A stretch of 64,000 nt of DNA from Bryobacterales bacterium (GCA_026713545.1 JAPOOG010000065.1:8-64007), one strand, 5' to 3'; positions 36,972 through 46,577 are shown, counted from the first letter of the stretch. Translations and numbers: made by a program. The notes: generated from the sequence alone by a model not told the origin.

Positions 36972-38819
36972 GTGTTGTCGATGTTGACGAAGCGAGGGTT
37001 AGTTGTTGCCGTGACGGCATTGGCCGTGCTCCTGGGTTCGTGTGCGACCGAGGAACCCCGCGATTTGGTCTTTCAGGCCATGGCCGAGCCGTTTCTCTAC
37101 GAGACGTTGACTCGAAACCCGATATACGCGACGACCTTGGGCTATTACGTTCACTCGCCGGTGGGCGAGGATGGGGAACCCGCCGGACCTGAAGTCCGTC
37201 TCGACGAGATGCTGGATGATTTCTCAAGTGAAGCGATTGCCAACAGGATCGCATCGATGAAGGACTTCCTGGTGAACCTCGACGCAGAGATCGATCGGGA
37301 TCAAGAGCTCAGGATGCATCCGTTCGTAGACCATGCGGTGGTGAACAACTACATCGACCGGACGCTGTTCGAGCTTGAGAGAGAACGAGTTCACGAACAC
37401 AACCCTAGGATGTATGTCGAGCTTCTCGGAACCGCCCTCCACACGCTCATGGTGCACGAGTATGCGCCTGCGGTCGAGAGATACAAGCATTTGATCGCGA
37501 GGCTGCAGAAGGTCCCGGCGTTCCTGGATCAGGCAAAGGCGAACCTGAAGGCGTCCTCCGACGTTTGGATCGACGTAGCTATCCAGGAGAACCAAGGGGT
37601 CATCAATCTGGTAGCAAGGGCCATTCCCGCGGAGATGCCAGCGGACCTGAAGGGAGATTACGATGTCGCGGCCGGCCCGGCGCTGGACGCTCTACGAGGA
37701 TTCGAGGACTTCCTGAAGAACGATTTAGCGAAGCGTGGCCGGCATGACTGGCGTCTGGGCAGTCAGTTGTACGCCAAAAAGTTGAAGGTGATGCTCAACA
37801 CCGACAAGACCCCGGACCAACTCCTGCAAGAGGCAGAGTCCGCGCTCCAGAGTAGCTATGACCAGATAATCGAGAAGGCGCAACCGATGCACCGTGCCAT
37901 CTATGGCGGGCAGCGGCCGCCCAACAATATCGCACTGATGAACGAAGTGCTCGAGGTCGTAGCGGACGACAACCGACTTCGGAGCGGCGGCCAGTTCATC
38001 GGCCAGGTCCGGAAAGACATGAATGAGTTAAGCAGCTTCGTGGTGGACGCCGGCTTGGTCAATGTGCCGAGGCGCAATAATCTGCAGGTGATCGAAACTC
38101 CGGAATTCATGCGCGGCGTATATTCAGTGGCGGGATTCGTGAGTGCTCCGCCGATGAAACCGGAATTGAGTGCCTTTTATTGGGTGACGCCGATTCCATC
38201 GGATTGGTCGAGGGCGCGAACGAGGTCGAAGCTGCGGGAATACAACCTTTTCAAGTTGAAGCTCCTCACCGCGCATGAGGGCATACCGGGACACTACCTC
38301 CAAACGGAGTTCGCGAATGAAGGCTTCACCGATCCTGAGGCGCCCGACCCGGCTCCCGAGTTGAGCCGGTTGCTGCGGGCGGCTTTCCCCGATCCGAGCT
38401 ACGTCGAAGGTTGGGCCAGCTACATTGAGCATGTCATAGCAGACGCCGGCTATCAGGAAAGGTCCGACGAGTTCCAGATCAACTGGCTGAAGGAGCAGCT
38501 CAAGATCCAGGCGAACGCGGTTCTCGATATCCGCATGCATGCGATGGACATGAGCGATGACGAGGCCACCGAGCTGCTGCGGGAACGAGCCTTCCAGGAA
38601 TCGGAAGAGATCCGCGGCAAAATCTTGAGGGCCAAGCTGACCTCGGCGCAGTTGTCGCTCTACTATCACGGCTGGCAGGAATGGCTGAGGGTAAGGGAGC
38701 ACTACCAGAACACGACGCAGGACTTCAGCCCCACTTCCTTCCATGACAAGGCACTCCGGAATGGGGCCGCGCCGTTGCCGGAGATCGGTTATATCACCTC
38801 GAAAGTGCCGATGGACTGA
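36972..38819 (+). CDS. DUF885-family lipoprotein (metallopeptidase-like)
   Basis: Lipobox 'LLGSC'. DUF885 hallmarks 'HEGIPGHYLQ' and 'EGWASYIE'. Confidence 0.7.
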   Translation: MLSMLTKRGLVVAVTALAVLLGSCATEEPRDLVFQAMAEPFLYETLTRNPIYATTLGYYVHSPVGEDGEPAGPEVRLDEMLDDFSSEAIANRIASMKDFLVNLDAEIDRDQELRMHPFVDHAVVNNYIDRTLFELERERVHEHNPRMYVELLGTALHTLMVHEYAPAVERYKHLIARLQKVPAFLDQAKANLKASSDVWIDVAIQENQGVINLVARAIPAEMPADLKGDYDVAAGPALDALRGFEDFLKNDLAKRGRHDWRLGSQLYAKKLKVMLNTDKTPDQLLQEAESALQSSYDQIIEKAQPMHRAIYGGQRPPNNIALMNEVLEVVADDNRLRSGGQFIGQVRKDMNELSSFVVDAGLVNVPRRNNLQVIETPEFMRGVYSVAGFVSAPPMKPELSAFYWVTPIPSDWSRARTRSKLREYNLFKLKLLTAHEGIPGHYLQTEFANEGFTDPEAPDPAPELSRLLRAAFPDPSYVEGWASYIEHVIADAGYQERSDEFQINWLKEQLKIQANAVLDIRMHAMDMSDDEATELLRERAFQESEEIRGKILRAKLTSAQLSLYYHGWQEWLRVREHYQNTTQDFSPTSFHDKALRNGAAPLPEIGYITSKVPMD

Positions 38820-39013
38820 CCTGCATGTCTCACCCCGTGGCGAGGCACAGTGCGTGAGAGGGCTGTCAGGACGAGGCGCGAGCCGCTGGGCGCGCGCAGG
38901 CGTACTTGACAGTACGTCGAGCACGGCCAGCAAGCGCAACGAAGTCATGGCGGTCGTATCGCGTGCTTCGGCCGTCGGGTGGTGAGGAATACAGGCCAGT
39001 GGCGCGCAGCATC
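38816..39013 (+). repeat. MITE-like hairpin-ended repeat, type 1, copy B
   Basis: Core 38821-38994 matches copy A. It fills most of the spacer between convergent genes. The DUF885 TGA stop (38817-38819) lies inside the conserved terminal CTGACCTGCATG. Confidence 0.8.
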
Positions 39014-39089
39014 TCGAAACAACGAAACGGAGGCTGTCTCCACAGGGCCGGCATGGTTGCTTTGCGGCCGTGGCGATCCAATCCCGGCG

Positions 39090-40109
39090 TTAGTCGGCGG
39101 TGGCGGCGTGAACGAGAGGTTTGGGTTCAAGGGCCGGCTGTTTGATGGTCTGAGGGTCGCGCCAGGCATCGAACACCGAGACCTTGTGTACGCAGGAGAT
39201 CGTGCAGCGGGGTGCGCAGGATTTTTTGGTGAGGTAGGCCTGCCGGATGTGCTCGATCGTGTACTTGGCGAGCGGAATGGCAGGGTAACCGCGTTGCTGC
39301 GAGCAATAGTGGACGAGGCCATCCTCACAGATGTAGAGGTATCGCCCGCCTGCTCGACAGCGCCAATCGTTCGGCTCCCCGGCGGCGATCTTGTTTTGGA
39401 AGCCATCGATCCGACTGTAAGAGCGCTTCCCAAGAGCCTTGATCTTGTTGGCCACACTGCGTTCGACGTCTCTGAGAGCCCGAAGCTGCCCGGAGCCGTC
39501 ATGAATGATGCCAACGGTGCTCGTGAAACCCAATTCATGAGCACGGCTCGAGATGCGGTAAGCGTCCTGTGGGTCCACGATCCCGGCCCCGATCACCGAG
39601 TTGATGTTGACATCGAAAGCAGCGTGCTGAGCGAGTAGCTCCAGCTTTTTGTCGAGCACTTTGAGGCTCTTCTTCGAGACTTCGTCGGGCTGAACGTTGT
39701 CGATGCTGATCTGCAGATATTCGAGTCCGGCTTCGTTGAGCCGTTCGATACGGTCTTCGGTGAGCAGATAGCCATTGGTGATCAGGCTGGCAATGATGCC
39801 GTGCTTTCGAGTGTGACGGATCAGATCATCCAGTTCCGGATGCATGAGCGGCTCACCGCCACTGATCGTCAAGATGCTCAAGTGCAGCCGCGCCAGGTTG
39901 TCGACGCGTCGGCGAAGCTCATCGAGCGGAACCGGAGCGGAGAAATTGTCGAACTCGTTGCAGTAGCTACAGGCGAGGTTGCAGCGGCGGATCGGGATCA
40001 AATGGGCCAGAACGGGATGATCCGTGTCACTGAGACCGCGCGCGATCATGCGCAACTCGCGCAGACGTCGGTGCACTGATCCTGCCCTTCGTTTTATTAC
40101 TTTCAACAT
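39090..40109 (-). CDS. radical SAM protein with a Cys-rich C-terminal (SPASM/twitch-like) region; substrate unknown
   Basis: 'IPIRRCNLACSYCNEF' (CX3CX2C) and 'ISGGEPLMHPE'. The C-terminal 70 aa carry 6 Cys, including 'CAPRCTISC'. Start is ATG 40109; the ORF is open from TTG 40163. Confidence 0.75.
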   Translation of the reverse strand: MLKVIKRRAGSVHRRLRELRMIARGLSDTDHPVLAHLIPIRRCNLACSYCNEFDNFSAPVPLDELRRRVDNLARLHLSILTISGGEPLMHPELDDLIRHTRKHGIIASLITNGYLLTEDRIERLNEAGLEYLQISIDNVQPDEVSKKSLKVLDKKLELLAQHAAFDVNINSVIGAGIVDPQDAYRISSRAHELGFTSTVGIIHDGSGQLRALRDVERSVANKIKALGKRSYSRIDGFQNKIAAGEPNDWRCRAGGRYLYICEDGLVHYCSQQRGYPAIPLAKYTIEHIRQAYLTKKSCAPRCTISCVHKVSVFDAWRDPQTIKQPALEPKPLVHAATAD

Positions 40110-40462
40110 TTGTTGATGATGTCGAGCCTGGTTCAGTTCACCACGATCGGCTTGGCGTCGCAAGCGCTTTTTACTGAACGGCGGATTATCGCACTGAAGG
40201 GCCGAACCGGACTCGGAAGCCGACTCTGCGCGCCATCGAACCCAAAAGGGTCAGTATAGCGCTATCTGGGCGCTTTGCTCCAGAGGATGCGGAGTTGCCG
40301 GGATGTCGATGTCTGGCGGTTGTTGTCGGGTTGGGCCGTTTGCCCGCTTCTCTCTTGAGGAGTAGGATCTCTCGCTCAAGACGCGACGGCCGCCAATGCT
40401 GGTTGACTGGATGTCTGTTGCGCTGCGCGAAGCATGCAGGTTTGCTCTGTGGTGGGCTTGCT

Positions 40463-41014
40463 TTAGCGGACCAGGACGACTTCGGCGAGGTCACGGTCGA
40501 GGTGGACGCAATATCGGCCGTCCAAGGGGTGGACCCAGATGCCTTGCTCCAGGTCGACATTGGGGAAGTCGGCGGGGTCGTCGAAGAGCTGCCCGTCCGC
40601 GTGCTCGAGGAGTCTGCTTAGGGAGCCAATGTGGATGTGAGCGTGGCACTGGGTTCGGAAGAAGTGGCCGTTGGCAGCAAGTCCCCATCGGTTGGGATAA
40701 AGTTCCTTGGCTTTCTCGATCGCAGCCCGCCAGTATCGGCTTCGTTCGCCGTCCGACAGATTTGAGGGGCCTTGGAGATCTCGGCTATGAGCTTTCGGAA
40801 GCGCGAGGTAGCGGTTGGGCTTGTGCGGGTTGATGTCTTTTAGGAAGTAGAACTCCGCGTCCTCTTCCTCGGCGGTGCGGCAAAGCCCGCAGACTCGGCT
40901 GGCGAGTGACTCGGGCCGGGAGTGATCGCACGGGCAGCTCACGACCGGCGGGATACCCACGAGCACGTATGACCCCAGGCTCAGTACGGCGAACAGGACC
41001 AGACCGCGCCTCAC
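40463..41014 (-). CDS. exported HIT-superfamily protein, CDP-diacylglycerol-pyrophosphatase (Cdh)-like
   Basis: It has an N-terminal signal or anchor. 'FYFLKDINPHKPNRYLALPKAH' and 'RTQCHAHIHIG' form a histidine-triad-like motif. The Cdh-like assignment is tentative. Confidence 0.55.
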   Translation of the reverse strand: MRRGLVLFAVLSLGSYVLVGIPPVVSCPCDHSRPESLASRVCGLCRTAEEEDAEFYFLKDINPHKPNRYLALPKAHSRDLQGPSNLSDGERSRYWRAAIEKAKELYPNRWGLAANGHFFRTQCHAHIHIGSLSRLLEHADGQLFDDPADFPNVDLEQGIWVHPLDGRYCVHLDRDLAEVVLVR

Positions 41015-41055
41015 TGTTTCAGGATAGCTTGCATCGATTGCAGCGTGACAGCGCT

Positions 41056-42174
41056 TTACGGCGCCTCCAGGAGCTGTTCGTGGGTTTTGAGGAGAAACGT
41101 GTCGGTCATTCCCGCAAGATAGTCGCAGACAATCCGGTGCAGCGGCTCCTCCTCAGCCTGAGCGCGATAGGCTCTCGGCAACGCGGCGGGTTGTTGCATG
41201 AAGAACTCGAACAGCCGGGAAAGCTTGTCGCTGGTGTTATTCTGCTCCGCCGCGAGGCGTAGTGATTGGTATACGTCTCGCCAGAGGACGGCGCGTAATT
41301 GTTGAAAGGCTTCGGTCAGTTCTGGGTCCAGACCGGCCAGCCGATGTGGACTGCGTCTGACGTCATCGGCTGATCCGACACCGGAACGCTCGGCGGCGTC
41401 ACGGGTTCCCTCGATCAAGCCCTCGACGAAGGCGTTGTAAAGAGCGCGCAGTGCTTCGTGGAAGACAATCTTCGGGCTGGCATCAGGGAAGGTGCTTTCG
41501 GCTTTTGTGAGGCATCGACCTAAAAAGCTGACCTGCTCACGTACTTGGTCTGTGCTGAGAAAACCGGCGTCGATGGCGTCGTCGAGATCGGCACAGTTGT
41601 AGGTGATTTCATCGGCCGGGTCGAGGAGTTGAGCTTCGAGCGGCGGCTGCTGATCCAGTAGGTACTCCGCGAGATCGGGAAATTCGTTGGCAGAGTAGTC
41701 GGAGGAGTGCTTGACGATGCCTTCGCGGACTTCGAAGGTCAGGTTCAAACCTCGGAAGTTGGCATAACGGTGTTCGAATCGCTCGACAATGCGCAGGGCA
41801 TGCAGGTTGTGGTCGAATCGGGCGCCGTATTTCCGCATCTGGAAATCAAGGACGGCTTCGCCAGTGTGACCGAATGGAGGATGCCCGATATCGTGGGTAA
41901 GCGCAAGGGCCTCGACAAGCTCTTCATGCAGTTCCAGGGCCTTGGCAACGGTACGGGTGATTTGCGAAACCTCGATCGTGTGCGTCAGTCGGTTGCGCAG
42001 ATGATCGGAGTTCGGAGCCGTAAAGACTTGGGTTTTATACTGCAGCCGGCGGAAGGCCCGCGAATGGAGAACGCGGTCTCGGTCACGCTGATATTCGCCG
42101 CGATGAGGGTGCCGCGTTTCGGGATAACGTCGTCCGCGGCTGTGCTCGTTCGGAAACCGCAAGCGGGCCAGCAT
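41056..42174 (-). CDS. dgt: dGTP triphosphohydrolase-like HD-domain protein
   Basis: 'RDRDRVLHSRAFRRLQYKTQVF', 'THTIEVSQI', 'HDIGHPPFGH'. Confidence 0.85.
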   Translation of the reverse strand: MLARLRFPNEHSRGRRYPETRHPHRGEYQRDRDRVLHSRAFRRLQYKTQVFTAPNSDHLRNRLTHTIEVSQITRTVAKALELHEELVEALALTHDIGHPPFGHTGEAVLDFQMRKYGARFDHNLHALRIVERFEHRYANFRGLNLTFEVREGIVKHSSDYSANEFPDLAEYLLDQQPPLEAQLLDPADEITYNCADLDDAIDAGFLSTDQVREQVSFLGRCLTKAESTFPDASPKIVFHEALRALYNAFVEGLIEGTRDAAERSGVGSADDVRRSPHRLAGLDPELTEAFQQLRAVLWRDVYQSLRLAAEQNNTSDKLSRLFEFFMQQPAALPRAYRAQAEEEPLHRIVCDYLAGMTDTFLLKTHEQLLEAP

Positions 42175-42190
42175 GCGTGATTCGAGAGGG

Positions 42191-42949
42191 CTAAGACTGT
42201 GGAGGCGGCGCCGCTGGGGGCGTCGTCGGCTCCGTCATCACTCCAAGACGGCTCTCCAAACCGGCACGCAGGCGAGCCGCCATCTCGCGGCCGGCTCCAT
42301 TGCGTTCCTCGATAGACTTGACGAGCTCCAGAGCCTTCTGTTCGTCGGTGGCCAGCAGCGCATCATAGAGGCCAAAAAGCTCGATTCGCTCCTTGGGCAA
42401 CATCTCGGTGGGATTCTCCACAAGGTGTTCGTAGTGCTTGAGCGCTTCTTCGCTGTGGCCTTCTCTTTGAAGCTGATCGGCGAGCGCCTTGCGGGCCAGG
42501 GCGGAGACTTCGTCGTCAGCATGATCGAGGAATCCCTCAAGCAGTGTCTTGGCCTCTTCCGGATCGCCTTCAGCCACTTCGTAGAGTGCGAGGTGCAGCC
42601 GGGCGACCTCGCCTTCCAACCGGCCGGCAAAGTCCTGGGCAACCTTGTTGAGCGACTCCTTGATCTTCTGCTCTTTGTCGATGGTTGGCTCGAAGGAGAA
42701 ACTCTCCGGCTCAGAATCGCGAGGGCCTAAGTCGTAGTAGTTGATCATCGCTTCCTGCAAGGCGATCCTCGCTTCATTAGCGAGCTCATTCTGATATCGA
42801 TAGAAGCCGACGCCGGCAACGACCAACAGGGCTACCGTCACCACTGAGCTTGTGATCAGCTTGCGGTGTCTCGCAAACAGGCCGACGGCTTCGGTGACTT
42901 CTTCTACGAACCGGTCTTGCTTGAGTTGCTTTCGAGTAAGCCTAGCCAC
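42191..42949 (-). CDS. membrane-anchored TPR-like protein (YfgM-like)
   Basis: N-terminal 'KQLKQDRFVEEV', one TM 'VVTVALLVVAGVGFY', then a helical TPR-like repeat region. Confidence 0.45.
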   Translation of the reverse strand: MARLTRKQLKQDRFVEEVTEAVGLFARHRKLITSSVVTVALLVVAGVGFYRYQNELANEARIALQEAMINYYDLGPRDSEPESFSFEPTIDKEQKIKESLNKVAQDFAGRLEGEVARLHLALYEVAEGDPEEAKTLLEGFLDHADDEVSALARKALADQLQREGHSEEALKHYEHLVENPTEMLPKERIELFGLYDALLATDEQKALELVKSIEERNGAGREMAARLRAGLESRLGVMTEPTTPPAAPPPQS

Positions 42950-43264
42950 GACTGCGCCTGATGAAGGGTCGGGAGGAACAGGAAGCGGGTGGTTGTTTCA
43001 CGCTCAGGCGAACGTTCATTCGTTCCTCGAAAAGCCGCCTGACTATGGGAGTGATACTAGCAATGCGGAGAAAACTCTGTCAAACGACGGGCAGGTTTGA
43101 GCGCGGACGAGACTCGTCGGCGAGCGCGTTGAACGCACACCCACAGGCGGGCCCAACTCCTGGTTGCGGACCGATGGAGTGTGGAGTGATTCGTGGAAGG
43201 CTGCGGGTATCCGTCCCGAGGCTGTGCCGCGGGTTTGAGCCTTCGGCCAACCTGGAGCCCTCTC

Positions 43265-43294
43265 TTGACAACTTGGGATGGTGCACAGGATACT
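43265..43294 (+). promoter_or_regulatory. sigma70-like promoter upstream of feoAB (TTGACA-18-GATACT)
   Basis: TTGACA 43265-43270 and GATACT 43289-43294. The imperfect inverted repeat TTGCAAC-TAC-GTTTCAA (43303-43319) lies just downstream. Confidence 0.45.
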
Positions 43295-43341
43295 AAGGCC
43301 CTTTGCAACTACGTTTCAAGTAGTCCACTCTCTCCCGGCAC

Positions 43342-43602
43342 GTGACACGGAACATCCCCGCCACACTCGCTGAACTCCGCGAGGGAGAGGAAGCCTGTCT
43401 GGACCGCATCGATTTGCCGGAGCCGGAGGCCCGGCGGCTGATGGAACTGGGGTTTCTTCCGGGGACCCGGATCGCCGCAGCCCGGTCCTCTCCCTTCGGC
43501 GATCCGCGAGTGTACCGAGTCGACGGTTCGGAAGTGGCCTTGCGCCGCGAGACGGCGGCGCGGTTGATGGTTCGCGAGTCTCCTGAAATCCGAGGTGAAT
43601 GA
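43342..43602 (+). CDS. feoA: ferrous iron transport protein A
   Basis: 86 aa, GTG start. 'LAELREGEEACLDRI...RRLMELGFLPGTRI' is a FeoA SH3-like pattern. There is an ATGA overlap with feoB. Confidence 0.85.
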   Translation: MTRNIPATLAELREGEEACLDRIDLPEPEARRLMELGFLPGTRIAAARSSPFGDPRVYRVDGSEVALRRETAARLMVRESPEIRGE

Positions 43603-45461
43603 GCAACGTGCCGTCGAGTTCCGCTGTCGTTGCCGCGCGCGCTCCAGAGACATCGAGTGCCTCTCGGACAGTCGCACTGGTGGGGCCACCGAACTCCGGG
43701 AAGTCAACTCTCTTCAATCGTCTGACCGGGCTGCGGCAGAAAGTGGCCAACTACCCCGGAGTGACGGTCGAGAAGCGCCTCGGCCGGACGAGTCTGCAAG
43801 GTCAAGATGTGCTGCTTGTCGATCTGCCCGGGGTGTACAGCCTCGAGCCGCGTACCGAAGACGAGCAGGTCACGCATGATTTGCTTCGCGGCAGGATGGA
43901 CGATGTTCCCAAGCCGGACGCGGTTGTGTTGATCGTCGATGTTACGAACCTGGGGCGGCAGCTTACGCTGGCGGGGCCGATCTTGAGCTTGGGCCTGCCG
44001 ACGTTGGTCGTCCTCAACATGGCGGACGACCTCAAGCGTCGGGGCGGGACGGTGGATGTCGACGCCTTGGCTGAGCAGGTGGGGACACCTGTTGCGCTGG
44101 TCAGCGCGCGCACCGGCGAAGGCCTGTCGGCCGTCGGAGAGTTTCTTCAGGGCGCTCTTGGCGTGCCGCGGCCGGTTGAGCTGCCGATCATCTCGAATGT
44201 TCCCAGTTGCCGGCAATGGTCGGCGGAGGTGGGCAAGCGGGCCCGCTACCGGAATCCGCTGCCCTCGATTTGGACGCGGAGGCTCGATGGCGTGTTCCTG
44301 CATCCGGTCGCTGGGCCGTTGATCTTCGTGATGGTGGTGTTGGCGGTTTTTCAAACCATCTTCCAGGCTGCGGTGCCGCTGATGGACGGTGTCGAGACGA
44401 TGATCGCGGTGTCCGGCGGCTGGCTTCAATCCGCCTTGCCGGAATCGTGGTTCCGGTCCCTCCTGATCGAAGGCGTGTGGGGCGGGGTGGGGTCGGTAGT
44501 CGTTTTCCTGCCCCAGATTCTGTTGTTGTTCATCTTTATCGGCGTGCTCGAGGATTCGGGTTATATGGCGCGGGCGGCGCTGATTGCCGACCGCACAATG
44601 GCGAAGGTGGGGCTGGAAGGTAAATCCTTCATCCCGTTGATCTCGGCGTACGCCTGCGCGATTCCGGCGATTCTGTCCACGAGGACGATTGCGAATCAGC
44701 GCGACCGCATGGCGACCATCCTGGTTGCGCCGTTCATGACATGCTCGGCGCGGCTGCCGGTTTACACGTTGGTGATCGCCGCGTTCATACCGGAGGAGCC
44801 CGTGTACGCCAGGACGGCCACGATGATCGGCCTCTACCTGCTGGGCTTCGTGGCCGCGGTGTTGACGGCGGCGGTGTTGAAATCTTCGGTGCTCAAGAGC
44901 GCGAGGACGCCGTTCATGCTGGAGATGCCCTCCTACCGCATGCCGACGCTGCGGTCGATCGGACTGCGGCTGCTCGACCGTGCAAAGATCTTCCTGCGGC
45001 GTGCCGGCACGGTGATCATGGCCACGACGATCGTGCTGTGGTTTCTGGCGAGCGTGCCGCTGCAGAACGGCGAGCCGCCGGAGATCGCCGAGAGCGTGGC
45101 GGGCACGATCGGCCGCACGATGGAGCCGGTCATCGAACCCCTCGGGTTCAACTGGCGCATTGGAATCGGGATCATCACATCGCTGGCGGCTCGCGAGGTG
45201 ATCGTCGGCACGCTGGGAACGATCTATGGCATGGAGGCGGACGAGGGCTCGCTGGAACTGCAAAGCGCGCTGCAGTCGGACCTGACGCTGCCGGGCGCGA
45301 TCGCCCTTTTGATTTACTTCGCGTTCGCGATGCAGTGCATGTCGACCGTAGCCGTGGTGAGGCGCGAGACGGGCGGTTGGAAGTGGGCGATCCTCCAGTT
45401 CGCTTATATGACCGCGCTGGGATACGTGTGCGCCTTCGCCGCGTATCAGATTTTGTCGTGA
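43599..45461 (+). CDS. feoB: ferrous iron transporter B
   Basis: G-domain motifs 'ALVGPPNSGKSTLFNRLTG', 'DLPGVYSL', 'NMADD', followed by a polytopic membrane domain. Confidence 0.9.
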   Translation: MSNVPSSSAVVAARAPETSSASRTVALVGPPNSGKSTLFNRLTGLRQKVANYPGVTVEKRLGRTSLQGQDVLLVDLPGVYSLEPRTEDEQVTHDLLRGRMDDVPKPDAVVLIVDVTNLGRQLTLAGPILSLGLPTLVVLNMADDLKRRGGTVDVDALAEQVGTPVALVSARTGEGLSAVGEFLQGALGVPRPVELPIISNVPSCRQWSAEVGKRARYRNPLPSIWTRRLDGVFLHPVAGPLIFVMVVLAVFQTIFQAAVPLMDGVETMIAVSGGWLQSALPESWFRSLLIEGVWGGVGSVVVFLPQILLLFIFIGVLEDSGYMARAALIADRTMAKVGLEGKSFIPLISAYACAIPAILSTRTIANQRDRMATILVAPFMTCSARLPVYTLVIAAFIPEEPVYARTATMIGLYLLGFVAAVLTAAVLKSSVLKSARTPFMLEMPSYRMPTLRSIGLRLLDRAKIFLRRAGTVIMATTIVLWFLASVPLQNGEPPEIAESVAGTIGRTMEPVIEPLGFNWRIGIGIITSLAAREVIVGTLGTIYGMEADEGSLELQSALQSDLTLPGAIALLIYFAFAMQCMSTVAVVRRETGGWKWAILQFAYMTALGYVCAFAAYQILS

Positions 45462-45608
45462 GGTTGCTGCTGACCTGAAACATCCTCCTGATCAAGCGGC
45501 GTTGACACCGGTCCGGATGTTTCCCGATGGTATGATCCGCACGCGGGCGGAGGAAAAACTCGCCCACGGCCGCCGCCGCGGAACATCGCTCGTCAAAAGG
45601 AGGAGAGC

Positions 45609-46364
45609 ATGAACCGGAAGCGCAATCAACAACCGGACCGAAAGCCCGCCCGTGAGGGTAGGAGGCGTGTCATCGCGGAGTGGGCCACGGTGCTGGTCGT
45701 CTACCTGTTCGTGTCGACATGCATCGTGCAGGGCTACGTCATCCCGACGCCCTCGATGGAGAACACGCTTCTTGTCGGCGACCATCTCTGGGTCGACAAG
45801 CTCGCCTATGCGCCTGCCGATAAAGTCCTGGGCAGGTTGCTTCCCTATCAGGCCGTGAAGCACGGCGACATCATTGTCTTTCGATATCCGCTCAACATCG
45901 AGGAGACGTATATAAAGCGGGCCATCGGCCTGCCGGGGGACCGGATTCGTATCGAGAACAAACAGTTGATCCGCAACGGCGCAGTAGTGGATGAACCCTA
46001 CAAGGTGCACAAAACGGATTATGTGTCACCTCTCCGGGACAACTTTCCGGCTCCCTCGCACGCAGCGCTGCGGGAGGAGGCCGTCACGATGCTGCAGAAT
46101 CATGTCCGGAACGGTGAGCTGATCGTGCCGCCCGGACAGTATTTTGCGATGGGTGACAACCGGGATCTTTCCGACGACAGCCGCTTCTGGGGCTTCGTGC
46201 CGCGAGAGAATATCATCGGCAAGCCTTGGTTGATTTACTGGTCCTACGACGCCCCTACGGAGCGGCTGCTCGATTTCAGCCTCGAGCATTTCGTTGATCT
46301 GGCCACGCACTTCTTCGACAAGACCCGCTGGAAGCGCAGCTTCCGGCTTGTGCGGTCCCGGTAG
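45609..46364 (+). CDS. lepB: signal peptidase I
   Basis: 'PTPSMENTLLVGD', 'YIKRAIGLPGD', 'GDNRDLSDDSRFWG'. A strong AAAGGAGGAG precedes the ATG. Confidence 0.9.
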   Translation: MNRKRNQQPDRKPAREGRRRVIAEWATVLVVYLFVSTCIVQGYVIPTPSMENTLLVGDHLWVDKLAYAPADKVLGRLLPYQAVKHGDIIVFRYPLNIEETYIKRAIGLPGDRIRIENKQLIRNGAVVDEPYKVHKTDYVSPLRDNFPAPSHAALREEAVTMLQNHVRNGELIVPPGQYFAMGDNRDLSDDSRFWGFVPRENIIGKPWLIYWSYDAPTERLLDFSLEHFVDLATHFFDKTRWKRSFRLVRSR

Positions 46365-46577
46365 GCGCACCTGGGGAAAGGCCGCGGGCCTGAACGGCGC
46401 AGTAACGATCTATGGCGTTCTGAGGCCTGACCCTGCAATCAAGCCAAGCGGTATGGTTCGTTGGTGATATGGATTACAGGGAATCGGATGAGATCGGGGC
46501 TTGTCTCATGCCTTCAGGCATAATGGGTCTAGCATGCCAGGACAGTCAGTCCCGATAGGCCCTACCCGCAGGGTACT

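Noticed and set aside
45502-45536. TTGACA (45502-45507) and TATGAT (45531-45536) upstream of lepB as a sigma70 promoter.
   Set aside because: The 23-nt spacer is far from the 16-18 nt optimum. At most TGgTATGAT could act as an extended -10 on its own. This is not enough to call a promoter.
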